Of a stretch of 64,000 bases of DNA, positions 40,792 to 53,977 are shown in pieces. A program made the position numbers and the translations under genes. The notes beneath the pieces were generated by a model. That model ran no database searches, was not told the DNA's origin, and saw only the letters and a program-made list of their open reading frames with translations. This DNA comes from Eledone cirrhosa (lineage: Eukaryota), in the NCBI GenBank assembly GCA_964016885.1, contig OZ024741.1, positions 375,410,001 to 375,474,000 of the forward strand, written 5' to 3'. Numbering within the stretch: position 1 is the stretch's first letter; every line of letters starts with the position of its first letter.

Positions 40792-41119
40792 CACACAGAT
40801 AAATCCACCAATTAATGGTAGGGCCCAAGCTGTATGAAGAACTCAATGTAATCCGTATGTAGAAGATGTCGTGAAGCAAAGTTTAAAATACAAAATTTCA
40901 ACGATATAATTCATTGTAACCAGAGTCAAAATAATACAAATAGTGAAAATAATGAAATTAAACAAAATTATTTTACGATCGTTTCTGGGGCGTAGTTCCC
41001 CGTATGTTCATTCTATTAGTGATCTATGTAAAATATATTACAAATGATCAAAGTAAGAAAATATACATACGTCTTCGAATTACCCGTATTTTGTTTAATT
41101 TCATTGTTTCCACTATTTG

Positions 41120-41173
<54 letters not shown>

Positions 41174-41218
41174 TTATATACATACGTATGTATGTATGTA
41201 TATATATATATATATATG

Positions 41219-41264
<46 letters not shown>

Positions 41265-41638
41265 TTTTGCGAGGTTTTTGATATGAAATCATGTGTCGAA
41301 ACAAATATTGTTATACTTGGGCAAGGTCATATTTGTGTAATAATATTGCCAGAATTAATAACAGAACACACTCACTGTTTGGTTGGTTTTCGCTTCTGTG
41401 ACTTTTATATCGGTTAATTTAATTTATTCGGTCCTCAATGTTACCATTGACTGACCAACGGTCAAAAATACAGATATAATATAGACACAAACACATATAT
41501 ATATAGTCTAACAAAGTTCTTTCGTTGCACATCTGCAACATCGTCAGTGGTGCTATTATGTTTCCTCCTGTTGTATTGTATGCCTACGCCACAGTAAGTG
41601 TGTTCTGTTATTACACAAATATGACCCTCCCCAAGTAT

Positions 41639-41686
<48 letters not shown>

Positions 41687-41690
<4 letters not shown>

Positions 41691-41805
41691 TATTCAAAAT
41701 ATTAATAAATGAAGACATTCACGTAATCAAAATATGTTTTATTATATAATAAAACATATATTTTGATTATGTGAATGTCTTCATTTATTAATATTTGAAT
41801 AATAT
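41687..41805. repeat. ~120 bp near-perfect palindrome
   Basis: Arms ATATTATTCAAAATATTAATAAATGAAGACATTCAC... mirror around ATTATATAAT (41741-41750). Confidence 0.9.
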
Positions 41806-42177
41806 TAATAACTCCAGAAAACCTTTTATCTGTAGAGTGCTTTTAATCTATTGTAAAACTATATTCATTGAGTAATCAATCAACCATATTAATCTTTGGT
41901 TATATATATATATATGTATATATAATCGGAATATTTCATTTGGTTTATAATCTGCCTAGATCACTTCAGTGTAAAATCAAAAAATTTGAAATGACGCTTT
42001 TTTCTTCAATATAGAACTTCATCTAGTCAGGAGTAACAGTCGTCTCTGCTGTTTCATTAGTTCAATCAAAGACGAGGTGCGGCTATCACGCAATTTCTAT
42101 GCCTTCAATGCTAATTTTTCTCGATTCTCAATTTGTGAAGTTCTTACATGCTCTTTTCCACCACTTTCTTCTTCATA

Positions 42178-42236
<59 letters not shown>

Positions 42237-42531
42237 CCGTTATTCCTCTCTCCCTCACTATCTCTCTCTCTCTCTCTCACTCTCTCCTTATCCCTCTCAC
42301 TTTCTCTCCCTCACTATCTCTATCTCTCTCATTCTCTCTCATATCTTTCTCTTTCTCTCTCTCCCTCTCTCTTTCTCTCTCTCGCCCCTGTCTTCTCTCT
42401 CTCCCCCCTCTCTTTCTCTCTCTTGCCCTTTTCTTCTCTCTCTGCCTCTCTCTTTCTCTCCCTCTTGCCTCTGTATTCTCTCTCTTGCCATTCTCACCAC
42501 ACATTCCCCCACACACATTCTCTCTCTCTCT

Positions 42532-42567
<36 letters not shown>

Positions 42568-43024
42568 CTCTCTCTATCCCCCACATACATAGACACACGT
42601 TCTTTCTCTACTTCATTGTCTCTCTTTCTCTCACACACACATTCTCCCCCCCCCCCCCACATCTCTCTCTCTCTCTCTAGTAAAATTTGAAAACCTTTTC
42701 TATACTTGGAATTTAGAAGTAAGGAATTCTAATTGTTGTTTATCTCCAGGTTTTCCCAGATTGAAATTGCTATGCCATGCTATGGGCCCATAACTTCTGA
42801 TGGAAACTTAGGTACACGATAGGTAGACCATAGGTCCACGATAGGTATACCACAGGACCATCATAGGTACATCAGATGTACACCTCAGGTCCACAATACA
42901 ATAGGGATATCAGCATGTCTAGGGCATTTAAACCTGATGCAGCCCCTCCCTCTCTATAATTGATCACACCCGATTCTTTCCAGAGAAATGGAGAGAGAGA
43001 GAGAGAGAGTGAGGGAGAGAGAGT

Positions 43025-43090
<66 letters not shown>

Positions 43091-43354
43091 GAGAAAACGA
43101 AAGCGCGAATGGGAGGAGGCGAGAGAGAAATGAATAAAAAAAGCATACATGTATATAGAGAAACAGTTCACTCCTAAAAAGAGAGAAAGGCAATGCCGAC
43201 CTATGTAGGATTTGAACTCAGAGCGCAGCGAGCTGAAACAAATACTGTGAGACATTCTAAACGGCGTTCTAACGACTCTGCCAGTGCGTCGCCTATAACT
43301 GCCTAACTTCAAATGCCTTATCACCTCTTCTTTTCATGCTTAGCACATCCAGGA

Positions 43355-44065
43355 CGTCATGAAGCCTTGTTTTTAAGACGGAGTGAAAATCAATGTTGCG
43401 AAAACTGAGACACAGGTCCTCTCAAGGAAGCTTGCGCAGTGCACTCTTACTGTGAATGGAATTCCACTGAAGCAGGTAGAGAATCTGAAGTATCTCGGGG
43501 CTGTGTTCACGAGTAATGGAAGGTAGGAGGCTGAATTAAGTGCAAGAATTACAATTGCGCCAGCTTCAGCATTCAGCATCAGAAGAGAGGTATGTGTAAA
43601 AGCCAAACTCACTATTTTCAATTCAGTATTCGTGCCAACCCTTACCTTTGGTCATGAATCTTGGGTAGTGACCGAAAGAATACATTCGTGAACACAAACG
43701 GCCGAAATGGGGTTCCTCCGAAGGGTCTTTGGAGTAACGTTAGTTGATAAAGTGCATTGCTCGGAGATCAGAGAGTCGCTTCAGATAGAACCGGTCCTTC
43801 GCCGAATTGAGAGATCACAGCTTTGGTACTACGGACAATTAGTTAGAATGCCCCGGGGAAGAATCGCTGGGCAAATTGTACGTGCAAAACCAACCGGCAA
43901 GAGACCCTGGGGTAAACCCCGAGCAAGATGATGATGATGATGATGATGATGATGATAATGATGATGTTGACGATGATGATGACGATGATGATGATGATGA
44001 TTATATTGATGAGGATGATGATGACCATGACGACGACGACGAAGAAGAAGAAGAAGAAGAAGAAG
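43355..44065 (+). mobile_element. RTE-clade LINE 3' fragment with (TGA)n tail grading into (GAA)n
   Basis: GVKINVAKTET..., LKYLGAVFT, FVPTLTFGHESWV, MGFLRRVFGVTLVDKV, IERSQLWYYGQLVRM, GKRPWGKPRAR. Confidence 0.85.
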
Positions 44066-44621
44066 GGTATGATTAAACCCTTTCAATACTGTTTTTATTT
44101 TGTTTTGTTTTAATACTAGTTTGTAGCTTTACAGCCTACCTAACTTCACATTTTCTTTATAATTTTAATGCTTATTGTCCCCTACATGTCGGCCCTTGTG
44201 GCCAATAAATGAAATCATTTTTAATGCTTATTTTGCCTCCCGTTTAAATTTTTATTTTATTTTATCTTATTTCTAGTTTTTAGTTTTATATTTTTTCTTT
44301 TGTTTCTCGGCTGTAAGAAATACTAGATACTTCATCTCGTCTAGCTTACTAGCTTACTAGCTCTATACGGTCGTTTAAACTGATTAAATAAATAAATAAA
44401 TAATTAACCGAGTAATATGTATTTTTATGTACATATATGTGTGAAAAATATGCACATGTGTCAATACAATATCATAAATTGGGACAATTTAATTCCAGTA
44501 GTTACCCCTTCATCGATACAAACCTCAGTACAGAGCAGCTGCCAGGAGCAATGGGAAATCGTGAATTGTGGAGAGACTTTGTCAGAGATGTTCGACAGTG
44601 GTCTCAATGATGATGATGATA

Positions 44622-45073
44622 ATCTGAAAGAGGTTGTATGGTGGACAAGGTTGAAAGGGCTGAGGTCAGACACCTTTCTCTCCGGTCAACAACTGATTCT
44701 TTTTTTCAAATACCACTTTGGAAGAAGAATCAGGATGGAGAGAGAGGTGCTGTACCCCAGCAAGTTTTATGAAAGGTGGATGAAAGTGGCGAGAATGGCC
44801 CGAGTGAATGGGCCTTCTCTCTATATCAGCCTGTAGGTTGAGGAAAAAGAGGAAGAGAGGAAAGGGGTACAAACTCTTCGTACTCCTGGAGATGAGGGTT
44901 GCACATTTTTTCGGGGGTATGTGTTACCCATATGAAATGTCTTCCCCTATTGGGGAAAATCGATTAACTTTTAAATTGCATTTGTGATAGTATTTTACAC
45001 GTTTTTATTGTATGTAAACTTCCCCCTTTGTATTTGTCCCCTTCTTTTGTGCTCCTGTGGCTAATAAAGAAAC
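44622..45073 (+). mobile_element. 5'-truncated Tx1 3' end, followed by (TATC)n
   Basis: LKEVVWWTRLKGLRSDTFLSG...ARMARVNGPSLYISL*, close to the copy-1 ORF2 end; 3' UTR ends AATAAAGAAA. Confidence 0.9.
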
Positions 45074-45096
45074 ATATCTATCTATCTATCTATCTA

Positions 45097-46744
45097 GCAG
45101 CGTCGACCTATGCCGACGACGTAACCGTAAGGGTGTCGAAAACCTCGGACATCGGGGTAATCGGCAACCTATTACAGGAATACGACACGTTAACAGGAGC
45201 AAGACGAAACCCAAACAAGTCTGTCGGTTTGCAGCTCGGCACATGGAGAGGCAAACCCATGCCTTCCGACAGTGTCGTTGGACGCTGGACAGAAGGACCG
45301 GTGAAATTGCTCGGGGTCTGGTTTGGTCCAGACCTCCAGGTGGAAAAGAACTGAAACGAGGTCACGACGAAGGTGTTTGCACTCACCCAGAAGTGGGCTG
45401 AGTGAAAACTCTCCTTGAAAGGTCGAGCGGAGGTGGCGAACACTTACATAGCATCCGTCATCTACTACCACTTTACAGTCGTGCCTTGTCCCCGCGAATA
45501 CCTCACCAAAATGGAACGCCTAATTTTCAAATTCCTCTGGAAGAAACAGGCTCCATTGGTGAGGAGATCCATCTGCTGTCAACACCCTTCTAACGGAGGG
45601 CTGGGCATGTCGTTGCTATGATGCGCAAACACGCGCTGAGGCTACGCCATCTCCAGGTATTCCTGACCGGCGAACCGGTGTGGCTGTTATTTTGTGAGAC
45701 GAGCTCTCCCACAACTCGTCTCACTAACAGAGCTGCAGTCCTGGGTCAAGCGAAGACCTAAAATGGGAGCCTGGCACCTCGAGTGCCTTCAGGGGCTCAC
45801 AGCCCCCTACCAAGCGGAAACGGCAATCAGCGGAGACTCCACGTCGATATTCTATAGGGGATTAGTTGAGGATAAGTGCGACGACGTTCTCGGGGAAACT
45901 CTAGACATCGAAGAGGACGAACTGACCAGTCTGTTCGGGAGGACTTTCCGTCCAGGGCTTATGGATAACTTCCAGAGGTCCCTGGCTTGGCAGTGCTAGC
46001 GAGGAGCTCTACCAGTTCGAGACAAAATCTACAGGCTTGGACGCCCTGGCAGAGATCCTGCCAAAAGGACCTGTCCAAGATGCGAGAAAGACATTGAAAC
46101 CGTCCTGCACGTAATTGTTCAGTGCCCAGGGGTGACCTACCTGTGGAATTATGTCGAACAGCTACAGTCACGTGTGGGACGCATCCAGTTGTCAGCCGAG
46201 TCCATCATGAGAATCACCCCGCCGCCTTCATTTAAGAATGACGGAGAGGCGGTTTCCCTCTGTCTGGTGGCTATGGCGAAAGAGGTAATAAGGTGGACGA
46301 GGTTAAAAGGACTGCGGGAAAACATCTTCCTCTCCGGACAATAACTCATTCCCTTCTTTAAATACCACTTCAGAAGGAAAGTGAGAGTGGAGAGAGAGGT
46401 GCTACACCCCAGTAAATTCGCTGAAAGGTGGGTGAATTTGGCGAAAATGACGCGAGTGAATGGGCCTTCTCTGTATATAAACCTGTAGGTTGAGGAAGAC
46501 AAACAGAAGGAAGACGGGAACACCTACAAAACGTGCTCCTGGTGTTGAGGGTTGTTCTATCCACGGGGTGTAAAACAACCCCACAGTAATGTTCCCCCCT
46601 ATCGGGGATTTCGATTGTTATTTTATTTTATATAGAGATTATTGTTATTTATCAATGTTAAAGTTATGATTTTTATGTAAATCCCCCGCCGCCAAGTCTT
46701 GTAATGGCCCATTTCTTGTAGGCACTTGTGGCAAATAAAGATAC

Positions 46745-46745
<1 letters not shown>
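45097..46745 (+). mobile_element. 5'-truncated Tx1 subfamily B copy between (TATC)n tracts
   Basis: Begins at YADD and runs through LQLGTWRG, LKGRAEVAN, MDNFQRSLAWQC and CPRC...H....C to NGPSLYINL*; several stops. Confidence 0.9.
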
Positions 46746-46783
<38 letters not shown>

Positions 46784-47000
46784 CAAAAGGTGCTCCTGGT
46801 TTTGAGGGTTGTTCTATCTTCGGGGTGTAGGACAACCACGCAAAAAGTGTTCACCCCTATTGGGGGATTTAGATTGTTATTTTATATATAGTATATTGTT
46901 ATTGATTAATGTTCAAGTTTATATGATTTCATGTAAAAACCCCGCCATCACGTTTTGTAATGTCCCATTTTTTTGTATGCCCTTGTGGCAAATAAAGAAT
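46784..47000 (+). mobile_element. Tx1 subfamily B 3' UTR-only copy between (TATC)n tracts
   Basis: Diverged match to 46525-46745. Confidence 0.85.
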
Positions 47001-47021
47001 ATCTGTCTATCGTATCTTTCC

Positions 47022-47067
<46 letters not shown>

Positions 47068-47074
47068 TTATCTA

Positions 47075-47250
47075 TTGTGGGAACCAACTCACGGGAGGCG
47101 CAGTAGAGGAAGACCTGCCCCAACCTTCATCGATCAACTCTCAGACAGTATAAACCTCAGTAAAGAGCAGCTGCCATGAGTAATGGAAAATCCTGAATTG
47201 TGGAGAGACTTTCTCAGGAATGTTTGGCTGTGGTCGCAATGATGATGAGT
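47075..47250 (+). mobile_element. RTE-X-like 3' end with (TGA)n tail; related piece at 44505-44620
   Basis: LWEPTHGRRSRGRPAPTFIDQL..., M.N.ELWR; tail ATGATGATGA. Confidence 0.75.
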
Positions 47251-47269
47251 ATTCCCATTGTTCAACATG

Positions 47270-47712
47270 ATTAGCAACAAGGTCAACAATTTGAAGGGGA
47301 GGGGAAAGTCGATTAAATTGACCCCAGTGCGTGCCTGGTACTTTATTTTATCAACCCTGTAAGGATGAAAGGCAAAATTAACCTCGACGGAATTTGAACT
47401 CAGGTCATAAAGGGCCATAACTCTATGCCGCAAAGCATGGTGCCCCACGCTCTACGGATTCTGCCAATCCACCGCCCTCATATGGTTAGCAATAATGGTT
47501 TCTTATATAGGCACAAGGCCAGCAATTTTGGGGGAGGGGAAAGTCGATTTGATCGACTCCAGTGTGTTACTGGTACTTTATTTTATCGACCCCGTAAGGA
47601 TGAAAGGCAAAGTTAGCCTCAGCGGGATTTGAACTCAGAACGTAAAGGGCCATAACTCTATGCTGCAAGCATGGTGCCCGACGCTCCACGATTCTGCCAA
47701 TCCACCACCCTC
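47270..47712 (-). mobile_element. Two tandem SINE family A copies
   Basis: Units at about 47270-47480 and 47495-47712, each followed by CCCTCATATG(G/A)TTAGCAATAAT. Confidence 0.85.
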
Positions 47713-48274
47713 ATATGATTAGCAATAATAAGAACAATAAGTACTTTTTGATATATATATTGGAACGGGAATTCTGTAGAATACAATATTTAGTTTGCGA
47801 TGTAGAACTCACTACAGTATTAATATGGGTAAACGAGATTTGGCTGCTATCTTTAGTAGATTTGTTAACTATTATACATAGCGGTTTCCTCATTGAATCA
47901 TGCTAATTCTAGTAATATTCTCAGGTCGATTATAACAACTATATTGCTTCCTCTTATACCGTGTCCTTGTACGAAGTTACGAAGAAACCTATAAATAGGT
48001 ATACTTTCTATCTGCTACATACACTATTTCTTTTGCCTTCACCTTCTTGTCTAGTATTCCCTAGAATCTTCCTATCATCTTTCCTTACTATCAAGTGGAA
48101 AACTACTCTATGTCTGTGTTAAATATAAGCATAAAAACAATGGTGTGTTGTTTCTTAATTTAAGTACTTATACCAACGGAATAACACACATATATATGTA
48201 TATGTATGTATGAAAATATACATGTGTGTGTGTGTGTATGTATATATTTATATATATATGTGTGTTTGTGTGTA

Positions 48275-49504
48275 TCTATATATAATATAAAAGAGAGATG
48301 TTTATTGGTTGGCTGGTTGGTTGGTTTAATCACACGAAAACTACACACACACACACATACATACACACACCTAAAGAGAGAGAGATAAGCCGTTATACAG
48401 AGAGAGATACAATTAAAGTGTTAGATATTCAGAGAGAGAGAGAGGGAGAGAGAGAGAGAGAATGTGAGAGAGAGAGAGAGAGAGAGATAGAGCCGTCCTA
48501 CAAAAGTCTAGAATCGGCTTAAACTATAGTTCAAAGTATCAGTTGAAGGTTTAACAATATTGCGTTAGGTTTTATAAAGTTGTTTTACACCAGTCTTTGA
48601 TTTTACAGAACACAGAAAAAATTGATACTATTTGAAATTAATCTACGGTGTATATTAATTTAGCTTTTTGAAGATAGTGTCATTGACTTAATTCAGACGA
48701 CAGAATGTCAACCTATTCCCGAAGGTTGCTATTTGCCTTTATTTCTATTTTTTTATATTACTTTGTATTGTTTTTTTTTTGTTTTTTTTCACGATGTTTT
48801 CCAAGAAAATTAATTTCATCATGTCACCAAAAACACCGCTCATCTATCGGGGGAGTTACAATGTCCACCAAACGGTTGAAATCTTCAAGTGAAAGATAAA
48901 CTTACGAACAATAAAAAAAAAAAGGCTTGGGAATAAAGGGACAAGTCAACATTGTGACATCCAGCAGACGGCAAACAGAAAAAGTAAAGGCAACAAGACG
49001 ATCGCAACTTTCTGAAAGTGTACAGAAAGTGAAACAGAAAGATTAAGGCGAGACGAAAGACTATTGCAATAGAGGTTCGATATGAAAATCATCAAGAGGC
49101 AATGAGAGTTGCGATGCAAATTCGACGAGCACAAACGACTCTTCAAGGCAGAATAAACTGGATAAAAGCTGCGTTTTCATATGATCCATCGAAGAATTAT
49201 AGAAATGATCCTAAAGTCGCTATTGGTAGCGCACTTGGCATGTGTAACTTAGGAGTAAATATCAGATTTCCACTGATAGAGGACCCTCCAGCTTTTATCC
49301 ATATACTGCTTACATACCATACTAACGAAGCTAAACACGTCAGAAGCAATGTTATGCAGTATATTGCTGCGTTTCAGATGACGTCCTTTGGAGATGAAAA
49401 AGATCATACTAACTATAGTTATTTCACATTTAAAATCCAAGACCAAAGCTACCATTTAATCGGCAGTTTACTTCCCCAGCCTAATAAGGAAGTTTTATTA
49501 TTGT

Positions 49505-49535
<31 letters not shown>

Positions 49536-49669
49536 CACACACACCCGCACATATTGCAGTCTCACCTCATACTGTAAACAAACCAGACAACACATCCAAT
49601 ACAGTCGTTTACTCTTTTATCCGACATCTCTTAACTGTTCTCCCAGACGAAGCCGGGTACCTCAGCTAG
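48275..49669 (+). mobile_element. Internally deleted Helitron with a RepHel N-terminal remnant
   Basis: 5' A|TCTATATATAATATAAAAG; 3' GC hairpin CCCAGACGAAGCCGGG then CTAG|T; internal AAFSYDP...AAFQMTSFG...FTFKIQDQSYHLIGSLLP, typical of Helitron Rep upstream regions. Confidence 0.75.
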
Positions 49670-49679
49670 TATATATATA

Positions 49680-50260
49680 TGTAGCGAGATCTGTCCATGC
49701 CTTGAACCTTGAGTGACATCTAAAGGTCAAACTCTAGGTCACCACCCTTTTGGTGTGAACAGGTTGATGCGTGAGCGATCCCTCGAGGTGGGAGACAGAA
49801 AGCGACAGGTATATAAAGCCTGTATCACCCCACGTTTAAACAGAGAGAACGGAGCACCACGATACAGACAAGCTATGTGAAAGATTCACCCCTACCTTCA
49901 GGCCCCAGAGGTCTACAGACATATAGAGCGATCGGAGCAGTACGCTATTACAATCTATGTGAAAGATTCACCGCTATCTACAGGCCACAGTGGTCTACAG
50001 TCAACTACAGACCATTCAGAGGTCTATAGACCATTACTTTCTCTCTCTCACTATGGTCTCCGACTACACCAGCCTCATGAACCAACAACAAAATAACATT
50101 GTCAACCTTCGCAACTCGTGGTAACTTGTTTATTGTTCTTTTTGACTCAAGTGAAGTAAACCTTTTTATATATAAAGTAATTCAGCTATTCTTGTTATTT
50201 CATCTAACAAACATGTTATAATCACATTCTAATAACCACTACTAATACCCCTTCGTTATA
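49680..50260 (+). mobile_element. Probable solo LTR inserted in (TA)n
   Basis: Termini TGTAGCGA...TCGTTATA (imperfect TG..CA inverted ends); TATATAAA at ~49810; internal direct repeats CTATGTGAAAGATTCACC; AGTAAA near 50155. Confidence 0.55.
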
Positions 50261-50885
50261 TATATATAGATATATAGATATAGATATAGATATGGATATA
50301 GATATAGATATAGATATATATACATATTTAGAAAATAGTTATTTAGTAGATGTTTATGTTGAGAATGTGTGTATTTGTGTATTGTATCACAGAAGTCACC
50401 ATTGAAAATGTTAAAAGCAATGATGTGGAAAATAGCATCTTACGAATTTATAATTGTTTATATATAATTTATTTACAGATTACAAAGGTTAGAAGAATGT
50501 CTCTTGAGAGGATAGGTAATGTTATCAATAAAAAGGTTATAAAGGTTTAAATGGCATGCCAAGAGAAATTATTAATTAAGAGGTTAAGAAGGTACGGTCA
50601 ACTGGCTGAGGCGTTAGCCAGACCTGTAGTGATATCTGTTGCTACATATTGTCTATGATTGAGGAACGCAAGTAAGAAATGTTTACCTTCACGGTGTCGA
50701 ACTGCAAGAGAGAGAGTTTCGAATCGCCGCGGGAATTTTTCCCTCTGGGTTGAAGTCGAGATACATTTTCCTACGCTGCTAGCGATTGGCTGAACTGAGC
50801 CAAACAACGCACGGAGAATGTATCCATGAGCCCTCGGAATGTAGGTCACTACACATACACACGCGTGCGCGGGCACACACACACT

Positions 50886-51011
<126 letters not shown>

Positions 51012-51989
51012 GGGAAGGCTACTGTAGATTATATATATATATGTATATAAATCGGTGTGATGTTGACGGACTTGAGAATGAGTTCGTAATACTGAAGTAG
51101 AATTTAATATCATTGTTTATTATGGCTAAGTGATGAGTCTTGTTATTGTAGAGTTCCAGCTGTGTACTCATGGGATCATCAGATAAGAGACCTTTGAATA
51201 CACTTAACAATCTATCAATTGTGTACGATTGATTAAAGTCAACCACACAAAAACTTTTATGTATGAGAAAATAATAGTTTACAAAACTACAATTATATAA
51301 TAATAGCCGTATTAGCTTTGGCGTCGATGTATTTGTTTTGCAAGGTTTTTGATATGAAAACTATATTTATATTTTTGATAGTAAAACTATATTTGTATTT
51401 ATTTGTTTAACTGTTGGTCAGTCAATGATAAACATTGATTGCCAGCTAAACTATTTATAGAAATATAAAGATATACTGAAGCGAAAACTAAACCAAACAG
51501 TGAGTGTGATTTACTATATTTTTCTGGCAATATTATAACAACATGACCCTCCCCAAATATAACATATTAGCTTTATTATATAGAAACTACGTAATATGAC
51601 AGTTGCAGCTTGATAAGGTCTGTCTTCACCATTTGGTGGCTTCTTCGGTCGTTTTGGGGGTTGGCATGGAAAACTCCTGCTGAAACTGACCGCATTGATG
51701 GGGTGTATCCAACTCTCGTCTCTTGGGTTGGATGTTAGGTAGGTCATATCACCGCAGTGTATGATGACCCAGACTCCATCTGCTTTGCCTCAAGGCTTTT
51801 CTTTGTCTTCTACAGCTTCTTGTTTTAGAAGGTGGGCAGTCCACGTTCGGTTTGCCGAATTTGGAAGGTAGGTTGGTTTAGCAGTGCTGGCTGGCGTTCG
51901 ATTTGTGGAGTTTTTTAAGTGTTTTGTGGACTGATGGATCAATAACGGCTTTATGTATGTATATATATATATACCTATATATATAAAGT

Positions 51990-52398
<409 letters not shown>

Positions 52399-52615
52399 AG
52401 TATGTATGTATACGTACATACATATATGTATACAGACGTATACAGACATATATATATGTGTGCATGTATGTATATATATACATACTACTGTACGTCTGTA
52501 TACATATATGTATGTACGTATACATACATACTTACGTAAACAAACAAACAGCCCGAATTACGCCGTACAGTGTTTAGGCAACCACGCCACCTTTTTGTTC
52601 AACACTGACACAGGA

Positions 52616-52658
52616 ACGATGTACTAGTTTCAAGCTTATTAGCTATCGTCAGTATCGT
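52616..52658 (-). ncRNA. Minimal hammerhead ribozyme
   Basis: Minus strand ACGAT-A-CTGACGA-T-AGCT-AATA-AGCT-T-GAAAC-TA-GTA-C-ATCGT. Confidence 0.65.
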
Positions 52659-52798
52659 AGGAGTGAGAAATGAAATTTCGTTTCATTCTATTACATTTAC
52701 ATATATATATATATATATATATATATAGGTAAGTTATTCTGGGTTGAATCGGAGGTTACCACAGTAAGTAAGGTACTCAATACATAGCAGACTATAAA

Positions 52799-52901
52799 AG
52801 TTTTAATATAGATGAGATTCTACAGGACTAGAACTGTTTCATTCTTGAGAAATCATCAGGAATGAAACAGTTCTAGTCCTGTAGAATCTCATCTATATTA
52901 A

Positions 52902-52905
<4 letters not shown>
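52799..52905. repeat. Perfect 46 bp inverted repeat with a 15 nt loop overlapping a hammerhead core
   Basis: Arms 52799-52844 and 52860-52905; the minus strand reads CTGATGA-T-TTC-TCAA-GAA-T-GAAAC across the loop and arm. Confidence 0.85.
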
Positions 52906-53697
<792 letters not shown>

Positions 53698-53977
53698 TGA
53701 ACATGAGAGAGAGAGAAAGAAAGCGAGAAAGAGAGCGAGAGAAAAAGAGATAGATAGATATATTTCTTTATTTACCATAAAGGCATAAAAAGAAGGGACA
53801 AATACAAAGGGGGAGTTTACATATAATCGAGTAAAAAGGGTGTAACATGAAAATAATCGAAAATAACCTCAAAAGGGAGGGGACGTGATGGGGGTTGCAC
53901 ACACCCCCGAAAAAGTGTGCAATCCTTTGCCCGGAGAGCACATGGAGAAGGTGCTCCCCTCTCCTTTACTTATTTAC

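Noticed and set aside
43876-44076. Acidic poly-Asp/Glu ORF
   Set aside because: It is the expanded (TGA)n/(GAA)n tail of an RTE fragment.
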